Below, one piece after another: positions 40,858 through 49,762 of a DNA stretch of 64,000 nucleotides. Numbering within the stretch: position 1 is the stretch's first letter; every line of letters starts with the position of its first letter. The translations under genes were made by a program, and so were the position numbers. This stretch comes from Candidatus Omnitrophota bacterium (lineage in GTDB: Bacteria > Omnitrophota > Gorgyraeia > Zapsychrales > Fredricksoniimonadaceae), in NCBI GenBank assembly GCA_015228785.1, contig JADGCU010000001.1, forward strand, positions 1,846-65,845, read 5' to 3'. The notes below the pieces were generated by a model that was given only the letters and a program-made list of their open reading frames with translations, was not told the DNA's origin and searched no databases.

Positions 40858-41487
40858 ATGAACCATATCCGCCCTTTAGAACGAATTTTAGACTCCCAGG
40901 CCAAGGTCGCCATATTGAGGGTTTTATCCTTAGGGGTTGACCGGCGTATGGGAGGCAGCGAAATTGCGCGTGCTACGGGTTTTTCTATCCCCTCAACGCA
41001 TGATTCTTTGAAAGCATTACATGCTCTGGGTGTTGTCACAATGGAGCTCCTTGGAAATCAGCATGTTTACGTTTTGAACCACAAAGACCGGATTGTTCAG
41101 AAAATTCTTCTGCCAATGTTTAATGCAGAGGGCAACTGGAAGAAAGATGCCAAAGATAAGCTGATCCAGGGCATGAAAGATACGGGAATTCTTTCCTCCA
41201 TTGTTTCCGTCATCCTTTATGGCAGTATTCAGCAAGGGAATGCCAAGCAAGGCAGTGATTTGGATCTTGCGGTCATAGTGAAAGCTCCGGCAGATCTGGA
41301 AAAAGCCAGCGATGCGTTCCTAGGGCCCATTGCTGTTGATTTTGCGTCTTATTTTAGGATACGGCTTGATGCTTATATCAAGACTGCAGATGATTTTAGC
41401 AAGATGTTAAAAAGAAACAGCCCCCCCATTTCAACCTTGATGAAAGCTTATTCTGTTTTGTACGGTAAAGAACCACTGGAGATATGA
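40858..41487 (+). CDS. winged-helix + minimal nucleotidyltransferase (MNT) domain protein, antitoxin-like
   Basis: N-terminal wHTH (ILRVLSLG...GSEIARATGFSIPSTHDSLKALHALGVV), then the NTase motif LYGSIQQGNAKQGSDLDLAVIV (GS-x10-DxD). Confidence 0.8.
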   Translation: MNHIRPLERILDSQAKVAILRVLSLGVDRRMGGSEIARATGFSIPSTHDSLKALHALGVVTMELLGNQHVYVLNHKDRIVQKILLPMFNAEGNWKKDAKDKLIQGMKDTGILSSIVSVILYGSIQQGNAKQGSDLDLAVIVKAPADLEKASDAFLGPIAVDFASYFRIRLDAYIKTADDFSKMLKRNSPPISTLMKAYSVLYGKEPLEI

Positions 41488-41488
41488 G

Positions 41489-41893
41489 ATGACACCCAAA
41501 GAAACAAAGGTTCGCGAGGAAAGCCGTTTAGCGGCCAGTGATTATTTAAAAAAGGCGACCGATAATTATGAGCAGATGATCGTTGCCTATAATGCCGAGA
41601 ATTGGAATGCGGCTTCCACACTAGCCGTGCAATGCGCGATTTCGTCAGCCGATGCCATCTGTGTTCACCATCGAGGCGTGCGTTCGATCTCTCAGGATCA
41701 TCTTGATGTCTGTGAGTTGGTTTCCTTAATAGCGTTAGAAGGAGCAGCGGAAAAGGCCAAACAGCTTCGTAAGGTCATTGCCCGCAAAAATATGGTTCAG
41801 TACGAGAGCCGCAGCGCCAGACGCACGGATGCGGATGAAATGGTTAAAGTGACCACTCGTTTTTACCAGTGGGTATTGGAAAATCTTCGCTAA
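41489..41893 (+). CDS. HEPN domain protein, toxin-like partner of the MNT gene
   Basis: 134-aa all-helical ORF that starts 1 nt after the MNT stop. It has a candidate R-x5-H motif (RSISQDH); the MNT-then-HEPN gene order is classic. Confidence 0.7.
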   Translation: MTPKETKVREESRLAASDYLKKATDNYEQMIVAYNAENWNAASTLAVQCAISSADAICVHHRGVRSISQDHLDVCELVSLIALEGAAEKAKQLRKVIARKNMVQYESRSARRTDADEMVKVTTRFYQWVLENLR

Positions 41894-41938
41894 TAGCACT
41901 CAGATCTCCCCTATATTGTCCGGCAGATAAGCAAAATG

Positions 41939-41956
41939 TATCTCTTTACCTCTAAA
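41939..41956 (+). repeat. right copy of the 18-bp direct repeat flanking the MNT-HEPN cassette
   Basis: TATCTCTTTACCTCTAAA, 45 nt after the HEPN stop; it matches 40613-40630 at 17/18 positions. Confidence 0.5.
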
Positions 41957-42087
41957 ATTCACTATTCGAAGGGCGTTTTAGTAACTGGATGGTCTGGATA
42001 GTTTTGGTGATATTTGAGACTGATTAGGGATTGTTTTTTAAAGATAAAAAGGAAATAGAAACGAAGAATGTTTTTATTCTTTAGAGG

Positions 42088-43887
42088 TTATGGGCTCCCA
42101 AACTCGGCTCCTGCGGATCGTGATGGCCTGCCCGCTTCTTTCAGGCCCACATGATTGGCTCCAAAATTATATGTAACGCTTAAATAGGCTCCCCTTTTTT
42201 GATAAGAGCGTTGATCGTGATCCGGCCATGTTGTGAAATAATCTGTTGAGGCTGTCAGAAGCCAGCTGTCCGTAGCGCGATAATTAATACTCAGCCAACC
42301 ATAACACAAGGGATGATTTGATATTTTATGCTGCGTATCACTTTTTTTCTGGAATTCATAACCGCCCGCGGCTTTGGCCTCAACAAACAATTTATTCGTC
42401 ACATCTATGCCCGAATAAAGCCCCAACGTATCTGAACGAAGCGTGCGGGGATTAAAATACCCATGGCGTAGCTCCGGCTCTCCCCAATCCGAATAGTAAT
42501 CATTAAAGAAGATCTTTATAAAAGGCTTCTGCATCAGACGATATTCTGCATTACTGAAGACCTGATCTTGATCATTGTGATCGCTATAATATCCCCGTTT
42601 ATATTTTGTTCCGAAAAGCCAGAAACGGTTCGGTCTGAAATCGACAGACAGCGAGCCGCTGTTGGTAATGATTTTATGAAAAAGCGCATCATTGTCTTCA
42701 AATGTTTCCCGTTCATAGGCAGCATCAAAACGCCACAAGTCATCTGGCTTATATGTAAACCATGTATTCATCGTAAAAGGATCAAAATTGATTTTATTAA
42801 AATGGGTCTGATGCACAAATACGTTTAGCTCATGATCCAGCCCAAAATGCTGACTTATTCCTACCCCCTCGCGGTTAGCAGATATCGTCGAATATTGAGC
42901 ATTCTTCTTTCGTAGGATCTGATGTTCGTAAATACCTTCCACTGATGTAGAATCATTTAGATGAGTCCCCACACGGGCACCATTTGTAAAAACAGTCTGG
43001 GGAGTGCTATCATTCGTAAACCGTCCATACGCCTTGATAAAGGAGCCCGGAGCACCCTTTATTTTCGTGTACATTTTTTGCGCTTCTTGACGATCTGGTT
43101 CAAACGCCAAAAGTTCTTCAAATCTTTTAGCCGCAGCCGAATCTTCTCCTTGCCAATGCAAAGCAAAGGCAAGTCCATCAATCGCATCAGGATTCTTGGG
43201 ATATTTCTTCAGGATGTCTTCGTACCGGCTGATTCCTCGACGGAGATACCCCTGCCACACCAAAACTTTAGCCTGACCAGTAAGGGATGTAAGATCGTCT
43301 GCATTTTGATCTAAGACCTTCTGATACAGAGCGTATGACTCTTCAAGCCTATCAAGTAAACTCAGCGCATTGGCCTTGGCTAGAATTACATCTTTGCTAT
43401 TAGGCCAACGTTTCAGCGCCGCATCATATGTTTTTAAAGCATCAACATTCTGATCATTGGAAAGAAGCGTCTGTGCTAATCTAAGAAATACTTTCAAATC
43501 ACTTTCTGGCGATAGCAGGGCTTCTTTATACACAGCGATCGCCTTAGGAATTTGCCCGCTCCACAAGTATTGATCCCCTAGTTCACGTAAAATCTCTTCA
43601 GATCTTTCAGGATATGTAGCGCGTAATTCCTCAAAGAGTTTTATCGCTTGCGCATGGTCATCCGCATATGTATAGACCCGTGCCCATTCGATAAGCAATC
43701 CAGGATCTTGGCGTAACTGGCTCTCAATGCGAACATAAATCTGAAGGGCTTGGGCGTATGCTTTCTGTTCAACAAAACTTCGCGCTGTACGCAACTGGTC
43801 GTCAAAAGTATTCTGTGCAAATACGCTTGTCATCAAACAGGCGCTTGCTAACATTGAAAGAAAACTGTTTCTTATTCTGACCTTCAT
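42088..43887 (-). CDS. TPR-repeat / beta-barrel outer-membrane protein, PgaA/BcsC-like polysaccharide export porin
   Basis: Signal peptide (MKVRIRNSFLSMLASACLMTSVFAQ), about 270 aa of TPR-like helices, then alternating beta-strand sequence ending in LSVTYNF. Its ATG overlaps the GT2 stop (ATGA). Confidence 0.6.
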   Translation of the reverse strand: MKVRIRNSFLSMLASACLMTSVFAQNTFDDQLRTARSFVEQKAYAQALQIYVRIESQLRQDPGLLIEWARVYTYADDHAQAIKLFEELRATYPERSEEILRELGDQYLWSGQIPKAIAVYKEALLSPESDLKVFLRLAQTLLSNDQNVDALKTYDAALKRWPNSKDVILAKANALSLLDRLEESYALYQKVLDQNADDLTSLTGQAKVLVWQGYLRRGISRYEDILKKYPKNPDAIDGLAFALHWQGEDSAAAKRFEELLAFEPDRQEAQKMYTKIKGAPGSFIKAYGRFTNDSTPQTVFTNGARVGTHLNDSTSVEGIYEHQILRKKNAQYSTISANREGVGISQHFGLDHELNVFVHQTHFNKINFDPFTMNTWFTYKPDDLWRFDAAYERETFEDNDALFHKIITNSGSLSVDFRPNRFWLFGTKYKRGYYSDHNDQDQVFSNAEYRLMQKPFIKIFFNDYYSDWGEPELRHGYFNPRTLRSDTLGLYSGIDVTNKLFVEAKAAGGYEFQKKSDTQHKISNHPLCYGWLSINYRATDSWLLTASTDYFTTWPDHDQRSYQKRGAYLSVTYNFGANHVGLKEAGRPSRSAGAEFGSP

Positions 43888-45224
43888 TTGTCCCTTTGAG
43901 AAATAACCCACTCCCTTACCCCCACCAGTTCGTCCCGGATTGCAACAACCTGAATCGTATTTTTAAACATCGTATAAGGAAAGGCTAAGAACGCATAACA
44001 AAAATACTGAATGATGGATGCTTTGGGAAGCGTCGCGTTCTTATACGCTATCAAGGCTTCAAATGGACCACTAAAGAAGGTAAAGAATAACGCGAACCAG
44101 ATAAACCCGTTCATTGGTAAAGCTACTTGTCCGCGTGTCAACCAAAAAGCAAAGACAATTGGAAAAAGAAAATGTCCAAGAATGTCATAAATAACTCTCC
44201 ATGCAAGAAGGGTCGTCCACATAAATTTCTGAAGAACATTTAATTGCGACGATATAAAGACAGGCCATTGGTGTTCCATTGAGCATTGAAACCATCCCTG
44301 TGCTCATCGCTTACGCTGAAACCATAGCCCTCCTACCGTTATTGGCGCTAGTTCAGTCGAAACGATCGATCGGTCATGAACAAGATGGTTCCCTTCGAGG
44401 GTTGCGCGCAGCGTCAAATCAATGTCCTCAGTCAGTCTGTCTTTTCGAAATTTCATCTTTTTTATCACCGAAGCGCGCCAGTATCCGTTGGCTCCTCCAA
44501 AAAGAGCTGAATCAAAAAGCCATGATTTAGAGTGATGGCTGATGCCATAAATAGCCTCGAATTCAACTTCCACCAACGCTGATACCAAACTTGCCTTACC
44601 GTTACGTATTTTACACCTTCCCTGAACAGCGCTATAACCTCCATCAAGCCAACGCCAGGCCGAAGCTAGACAATCTGGCATGACCAAATGATCGGCATCC
44701 AAAAGTACGATCATTTCTCCGGAAGCCATATCCAGGGCATAATTTAAATTCTCACTCTTACTTTTAGACCCGTACGCATTGGCTAAAATAAGTTCAGGCC
44801 ATTTATAAGCGAGTTCACGCAACCGCAACTCGATCGGTTCCATATGCGGCGTGTTATACGCCAAGAATACCTCGATCCCCATTGCAGGTCGCTCAACGCG
44901 TTGCAGAATATTCAAGATAGTATCTTCAACAACATCCAGTTCATTTGGCAAATACGCACTCACCATGAATGTGGTTTTAGGTATAGGCTTGTTTTGGGTC
45001 GCGGGACGTTCTTTGAATTTCTTTCTACTGATCCCTGTTAAGGAGTACAAATAAGAAAGAGCTGCCTGAAAGATGAAAAGCTACAGAACAAGATAATACG
45101 AAAAATTGAGAAAAGCCGGATGATAGAGGCCAACGCAGTAGAAAACAACTGTTGGAATGAGAAGAAAAGAGAGAAAAATTTCCAGAAGTTTGAGCCATTC
45201 AATGGACCGTTTTTTATCAGACAA
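43884..45224 (-). pseudogene. membrane GT2 processive glycosyltransferase (PgaC/BcsA/NodC-like) with two in-frame stops (TAG 45081-45083, TGA 44304-44306)
   Basis: One 447-codon frame contains two N-terminal TM helices, FMVSAYLPNE, LLDADH, TEDIDLT, QRKR[TGA]AQGWFQ and a C-terminal TM bundle. The track splits it into 44304-45050 and 43884-44279. Confidence 0.75.
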
Positions 45225-45227
45225 TGG

Positions 45228-45422
45228 TTATGCCTCCAAGAGTGTCAATATCTCTTGATCTAAGATCGCGTGGCGCTTTTCATCTTTGATAACGCCTAAA
45301 AATGAAGCGCGCAGCTCTTTATCCGTCGTTAACTCTGCCAATTCTGTATATATAGCCAAAGCATTCTGATCTGCTGCCAAAAGCTGACGTACCCGTGCTT
45401 CAAGGATTTTACGGTCCATCAT
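45228..45422 (-). CDS. small helical protein, ferritin-like/rubrerythrin-like half-domain (hypothetical)
   Basis: 64-aa ORF with a two-helix pattern, YTELAEL ... IKDEKRHAIL (E ... ExxH). It overlaps the upstream ORF by ATGA. Confidence 0.5.
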   Translation of the reverse strand: MMDRKILEARVRQLLAADQNALAIYTELAELTTDKELRASFLGVIKDEKRHAILDQEILTLLEA

Positions 45423-45637
45423 AAAGAAACTCTCTTTTTGGCTTCCGCTATAATATCTTTGTGGCGTAACGTGTCTGCTTTAATACTTAAAAGAATGGTT
45501 TGGATGCGCTTACGCACATCAACTGGAATGTCCTCGGGCAATGCCTTTGGATGGCAAAGATCGATCAGCGTTCCCGCCATTTCTTCTTCCATTTGATACG
45601 CACGTTCCAATCGGTCTAAAAAGACTTCATTATTCAT
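45419..45637 (-). CDS. small helical protein (hypothetical), paired with 45228-45422
   Basis: Two predicted helices (LERAYQMEEEMAGTLIDL ... IKADTLRHKDIIAEA). I prefer ATG 45637 to the track's TTG at 45685. Confidence 0.45.
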   Translation of the reverse strand: MNNEVFLDRLERAYQMEEEMAGTLIDLCHPKALPEDIPVDVRKRIQTILLSIKADTLRHKDIIAEAKKRVSL

Positions 45638-45911
45638 AAACTTAATATATCTTGATAGGGAATAATTAAAAGGAAATAATGTCAAATATAAGAAAATAAC
45701 ACTGCCCTTTGTGTAAGAATCTTCTCTCTATGTACTGTGCTGCTAGAGGAAGTTGTGAATTGGCGTTCAGTAATTAGAACCAGGTATAACAGTGCTTTTT
45801 AGTAAGGTTTCTTGCGGCTGATTGTTATTTCTTGTGATAAAATATTTACAAATAAATATCTTTAAATAGTTTTATTAAGAAATTATTTGTTTCGCGCTTG
45901 TGTAATATGAA

Positions 45912-46643
45912 ATGTTTCTATTTCCCGAGAGCCGCATGAGAATTAAACTTATATTCTTAATCCTTGCAACAATCGGTTTATCATTCTTGTCGCTTAGTAG
46001 CAGTGTAACGGTATTAATGCCAGCGATACAGCATAATACCGCTCTTAAAACTCCACCCGAAAAACCGGATCCAAGTAAATTCTATCTCTTCTATCTTCAC
46101 GGAAAGATAGTTGAAGGGTCTGGTGGCAACCCCAAAAACCCTGATTACGGGACGTATGAATATTTTAATATTGTGAATAGTTTCTCTAAAGAAGGATTTG
46201 TTACAATCAGTGAGATTCGAGGCAAGAATACAGATGTTGATCAGTATTCAACAAAAACAACGAAATGGATAGAAAGCTTATTAAATGCGGGCGTCCCCCC
46301 TTCTCATATTACGGTTGTAGGGGCATCTAAAGGCGGCATGATAGTCACAAAAGTGTCTAATCAGCTTAAAAATAAAGAAATCAAATATGTGTTCCTGGCA
46401 GGCCTTTTTAGCAACCTTCTCAAGAGAAAGCCAATGAAGCTTTGGGGTGAAATTTTGTCAATTTATGACAAATCAGATACATCTCAAGTTTCAGCGGAAT
46501 CGCTTCTTAAGGCTTCTAAAAGAGTAACAAAAATCAAGAATGTCATAACACAAACGGGTAAGGGGCACGGATTGATCTTTAAACCATACCCTGTCTGGAT
46601 GAAAGAAGTTGTTGCCTGGAGCGGAATAAAGAACAGTAAATAG
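45912..46643 (+). CDS. secreted alpha/beta-hydrolase-fold protein (hypothetical)
   Basis: Signal/TM segment, FYLFYLHG, and the nucleophile-elbow-like GASKGG. Start is uncertain (45912 or 45936). Confidence 0.55.
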   Translation: MFLFPESRMRIKLIFLILATIGLSFLSLSSSVTVLMPAIQHNTALKTPPEKPDPSKFYLFYLHGKIVEGSGGNPKNPDYGTYEYFNIVNSFSKEGFVTISEIRGKNTDVDQYSTKTTKWIESLLNAGVPPSHITVVGASKGGMIVTKVSNQLKNKEIKYVFLAGLFSNLLKRKPMKLWGEILSIYDKSDTSQVSAESLLKASKRVTKIKNVITQTGKGHGLIFKPYPVWMKEVVAWSGIKNSK

Positions 46644-46781
46644 GGTTCTTTTTTGATTTAGACGGTCTTCCTTATATTTAAATCGTTCTTGCCTGGATGC
46701 CTATTCTTTGTTACATTTAAACACTTTAATAAATACATAAATTATTTTGGATTAACAAATTCCCATACATAGGATGTTTGA

Positions 46782-47702
46782 ATGGTTATTGCTAAAACTC
46801 GCTCATCATATTCTATTTGGTTTCAGGCGGTCAGGGCGCCTTTCTTTACAGCAGCAGTAATTCCGGTCTTACTAGCTTTAGTTTACGCCTTATGGATCAA
46901 AACACCTGTAGCCTGGCCTCTTCTTCCATTAATTATTATGGGCATGATCTTTCTTCATGCGGGAACTAATTGCATCAATGATTATTACGATTATATAAAT
47001 GGCGTAGACAAGAAGACAACGTTTGGTTCAAGTCGGGTCCTGGTTGATGATCTTATGCCTGCGCGCCACATGTTCATTGAAAGCATCATTCTTTTCTCTT
47101 TGGGATCGATAATGGGCCTTATTATTGTTTTTTGGCGCGGCCCCGTTATATTGGCAATTGGCCTTTTGGGTGTTTTAGGAGGATATTTTTATAGTGCGAA
47201 ACCACTGGGTCTCAAATATTTGGCCTGGGGTGATGTTATGGTTTTTCTTCTCTTCGGCCCATTGTTAATTTGGGGCGCTTATTATGCTATTACAGGAATG
47301 CACAGCTTGCAGATCGTTCTTGCCTCGGTTCCTCTAGGATTTCTTGTCACCGGAATTTTACATGCGAATAATATTCGAGATATGCGCACAGATTCCACTG
47401 CAGGTATCAAAACGATGGCCCTTATTCTGGGCCTTCGTGGGTCTAAAGCAGAATATTTCTTGTTGTTGGCTACAGCATATATAGGAGTTTTGTTGATGGC
47501 AGCCAGCGGTATTCTTCCCTGGCATTCTTTAGCTGTCTTTTTATCTTTACCGTTAGCTATCAAGAATATTCAAGAGATCCTCCGGGTTCAGGAGGACGAT
47601 TTAAAGGCAATCGCAACGATGGACGTTCAGACAGCTCAGCTGCATCTTGTCTTTGGAATACTCTTCACGTTATCTCTTGGACTGGCAACGATACTCCGAT
47701 GA
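46782..47702 (+). CDS. menA: UbiA-family prenyltransferase, 1,4-dihydroxy-2-naphthoate polyprenyltransferase-like
   Basis: About 8 TM helices and the Asp-rich motif NCINDYYDYINGVD; the MenA-like length is 306 aa. Confidence 0.75.
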   Translation: MVIAKTRSSYSIWFQAVRAPFFTAAVIPVLLALVYALWIKTPVAWPLLPLIIMGMIFLHAGTNCINDYYDYINGVDKKTTFGSSRVLVDDLMPARHMFIESIILFSLGSIMGLIIVFWRGPVILAIGLLGVLGGYFYSAKPLGLKYLAWGDVMVFLLFGPLLIWGAYYAITGMHSLQIVLASVPLGFLVTGILHANNIRDMRTDSTAGIKTMALILGLRGSKAEYFLLLATAYIGVLLMAASGILPWHSLAVFLSLPLAIKNIQEILRVQEDDLKAIATMDVQTAQLHLVFGILFTLSLGLATILR

Positions 47703-48319
47703 ATCTTATCCTTATTGCCTCATATCTTGCGGCCCATATTTTCTGGTTCATTCTTTTTTATCCTCAAATGTCACAATACATAAATTTTTGGATCGGTATG
47801 ACGATCGCATCTGGCATTCTGGCGATTACTGCGCTTTGTTCTCAAGACAAATCTCAGTCAGGACATTGGAATTTTAGACCGTCATATATGCTGGTGGGAC
47901 TTTTTTCAGCTATCATCCTTTACTCAATATTCTTTATTGGACACAAATTAAGCGTATTATTGATCCCCTTTGCTCAAAGTCAAGTGGGCCAGATTTATAG
48001 CACAAAAAGTCAGATGTCACCGATGATGATCGGGATGCTTTTGCTTTGTTGGATAGGACCAGCAGAAGAGATATTCTGGAGAGGATTCCTGCAGAAACGC
48101 CTGATGGTTAAACTCGGTCCTAATAAAGGTTACGTCATCGCAACCTTGTTGTACGCTGGCGTTCACTGTTATGCGATGAATTTCATGCTCTTTATGGCCG
48201 CCCTGATTTGTGCAGCATTTTGGGGATACTTGTATAAAAAGCTGGGGGCCCTTTGGCCCGTGATCATATCTCATGCCCTATGGGATACAGCGATCTTTGT
48301 TCTCTTCCCGATTCAATAA
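47699..48319 (+). CDS. CPBP family intramembrane glutamic endopeptidase (CAAX protease-like)
   Basis: Motifs PAEEIFWRGFLQ, LLYAGVH and SHALWD. Its start overlaps the menA stop (ATGA). Confidence 0.8.
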   Translation: MNLILIASYLAAHIFWFILFYPQMSQYINFWIGMTIASGILAITALCSQDKSQSGHWNFRPSYMLVGLFSAIILYSIFFIGHKLSVLLIPFAQSQVGQIYSTKSQMSPMMIGMLLLCWIGPAEEIFWRGFLQKRLMVKLGPNKGYVIATLLYAGVHCYAMNFMLFMAALICAAFWGYLYKKLGALWPVIISHALWDTAIFVLFPIQ

Positions 48320-48355
48320 AGAAAATTTCCAAGATTATAAAGAAATGAATTCTGT

Positions 48356-49762
48356 TTAGGCAAAGATCAAGGCGAGAATGTTCATTATTAACTGAGGCCA
48401 GAATCCGAACAAGAGAACAGCTGAGAGACAAATGGCGAGAACTATCATCCCGCTTACAGGGATACGGATGGGCTGAGAATCCGGGGAATCTTCAAAATAC
48501 ATAACTTTGATCACTTTTAAATAATAAAAGAAGGCGACAACGCTATTAACAACAACGGCAGTAGCCAGGAAATATTGCTTTACGTCAATGACAGCCACAA
48601 GGACAAAGAATTTTGCGAGAAATCCAGCCAGCGGCGGAAGGCCTGCCAGGGATAACAGGAAGATGGAAAAAACAAGGGCCCATCCTGGCGCCCGACGTCC
48701 CATGCCTTTGAATGATTCCAGAGGGGCGCGTTCAGATGATAAGAAGGATGCGCACGCAAAGGCCCCCATGTTCATGAACGTGTAGATCACGATATAAAAA
48801 AATGCGGCCTTCAAGCCTAACACTCCTGCGGCAAGGCCGGCTAATATGTATCCTGCCTGGGCCACAGAAGAAAACGCCAGAAGACGTTTTACGCTCTCTT
48901 GATGGAATGCGGAGAAATTGCCTATGGTCATGGTCGCGATCGCCAGAAACACAGCTATCCCCTCCCATCCTGATGTCAGGAAAGCGGGGAATCCGAAGAA
49001 TACTCTCGCCAAAAGAGCAAATCCGATGGCTTTGGGGCCAATCGAAAAGAATGCAGCAACAGGCCACGGTGCCCCCTCGTACACATCAGCGACCCACATA
49101 TGAAAAGGAACAAGGGATGCTTTAAAGGCGAATCCTGCAAAAACAAGTAACCCGGCAAGAACTAGTGTTGGCTCATGAATCCCCCCTGCGGCCAACTTGA
49201 GTCCGATGGCGGGAAGGCTCAACGTTCCTAAAAGGCCATATACAAGCGATATCCCATAAAGCATAATTCCTGTTGATAGAGCGCCGAAAAGGAAATATTT
49301 GAGCCCTGCTTCTGTGGAATAAAGATCTTTTTTGAATGAACACGCCAGAACATAAGATACGATCGACAGGGTTTCGATCGCAAGATAGATCATGAGAAGA
49401 TTCGTCGCGCTAACGGTGAGCATCATGGAGATCGCAGCTACTAACAGAAAGAAATAATATTCTCCCGCATCATCATGATCAGACCAGCTGTAACCAATTG
49501 ACATGAGAACAGCTAATCCTGTAGCCACAAGAACAAGAGCCCTCATAACAAAAGAAAAGACATCATTGGTTAACATGCCAGAGAAAACCATGGAGGATGA
49601 ATCCAGTGTCATGGGCAGAGAGAAAAAGCCAATGACAATGGCCATGAGTGCGATCAAGCCCAAAGGTTTTCTGCGCAAGCCAAAAACACCGCATACAAGA
49701 AGCATGAGCCCTGCGGCTGTGAGCACTAACTCTGGCTTGATAAATTGAAGTGAATTCATCAT
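48356..49762 (-). CDS. nuoN: NADH-quinone oxidoreductase subunit N
   Basis: 14-TM antiporter-like subunit, last gene of the nuo run. It overlaps the nuoM stop by 4 nt. Confidence 0.9.
   Translation of the reverse strand: MMNSLQFIKPELVLTAAGLMLLVCGVFGLRRKPLGLIALMAIVIGFFSLPMTLDSSSMVFSGMLTNDVFSFVMRALVLVATGLAVLMSIGYSWSDHDDAGEYYFFLLVAAISMMLTVSATNLLMIYLAIETLSIVSYVLACSFKKDLYSTEAGLKYFLFGALSTGIMLYGISLVYGLLGTLSLPAIGLKLAAGGIHEPTLVLAGLLVFAGFAFKASLVPFHMWVADVYEGAPWPVAAFFSIGPKAIGFALLARVFFGFPAFLTSGWEGIAVFLAIATMTIGNFSAFHQESVKRLLAFSSVAQAGYILAGLAAGVLGLKAAFFYIVIYTFMNMGAFACASFLSSERAPLESFKGMGRRAPGWALVFSIFLLSLAGLPPLAGFLAKFFVLVAVIDVKQYFLATAVVVNSVVAFFYYLKVIKVMYFEDSPDSQPIRIPVSGMIVLAICLSAVLLFGFWPQLIMNILALIFA

Noticed and set aside
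40472-42087. A classical tRNA-targeting genomic island with an integrase and an att duplication of the tRNA 3' end.
   Set aside because: There is no integrase or recombinase ORF, and no second copy of the tRNA-Asn 3' segment (GGTTCGAGCCCTCGCGGGGGA) downstream. I keep only the short 18-bp direct repeats as evidence of cassette-like insertion.
44304-44306. Reassigned genetic code (TGA read as Trp or Gly) as an explanation for the in-frame TGA in the GT2 gene.
   Set aside because: TGA terminates vWA (1294-1296, just before a terminator), acnA (7788-7790), the SDR gene (14060-14062), nuoC, and the GT2 gene itself, all at family-typical lengths. TAA and TAG interruptions also occur, and no single recoding explains all three.
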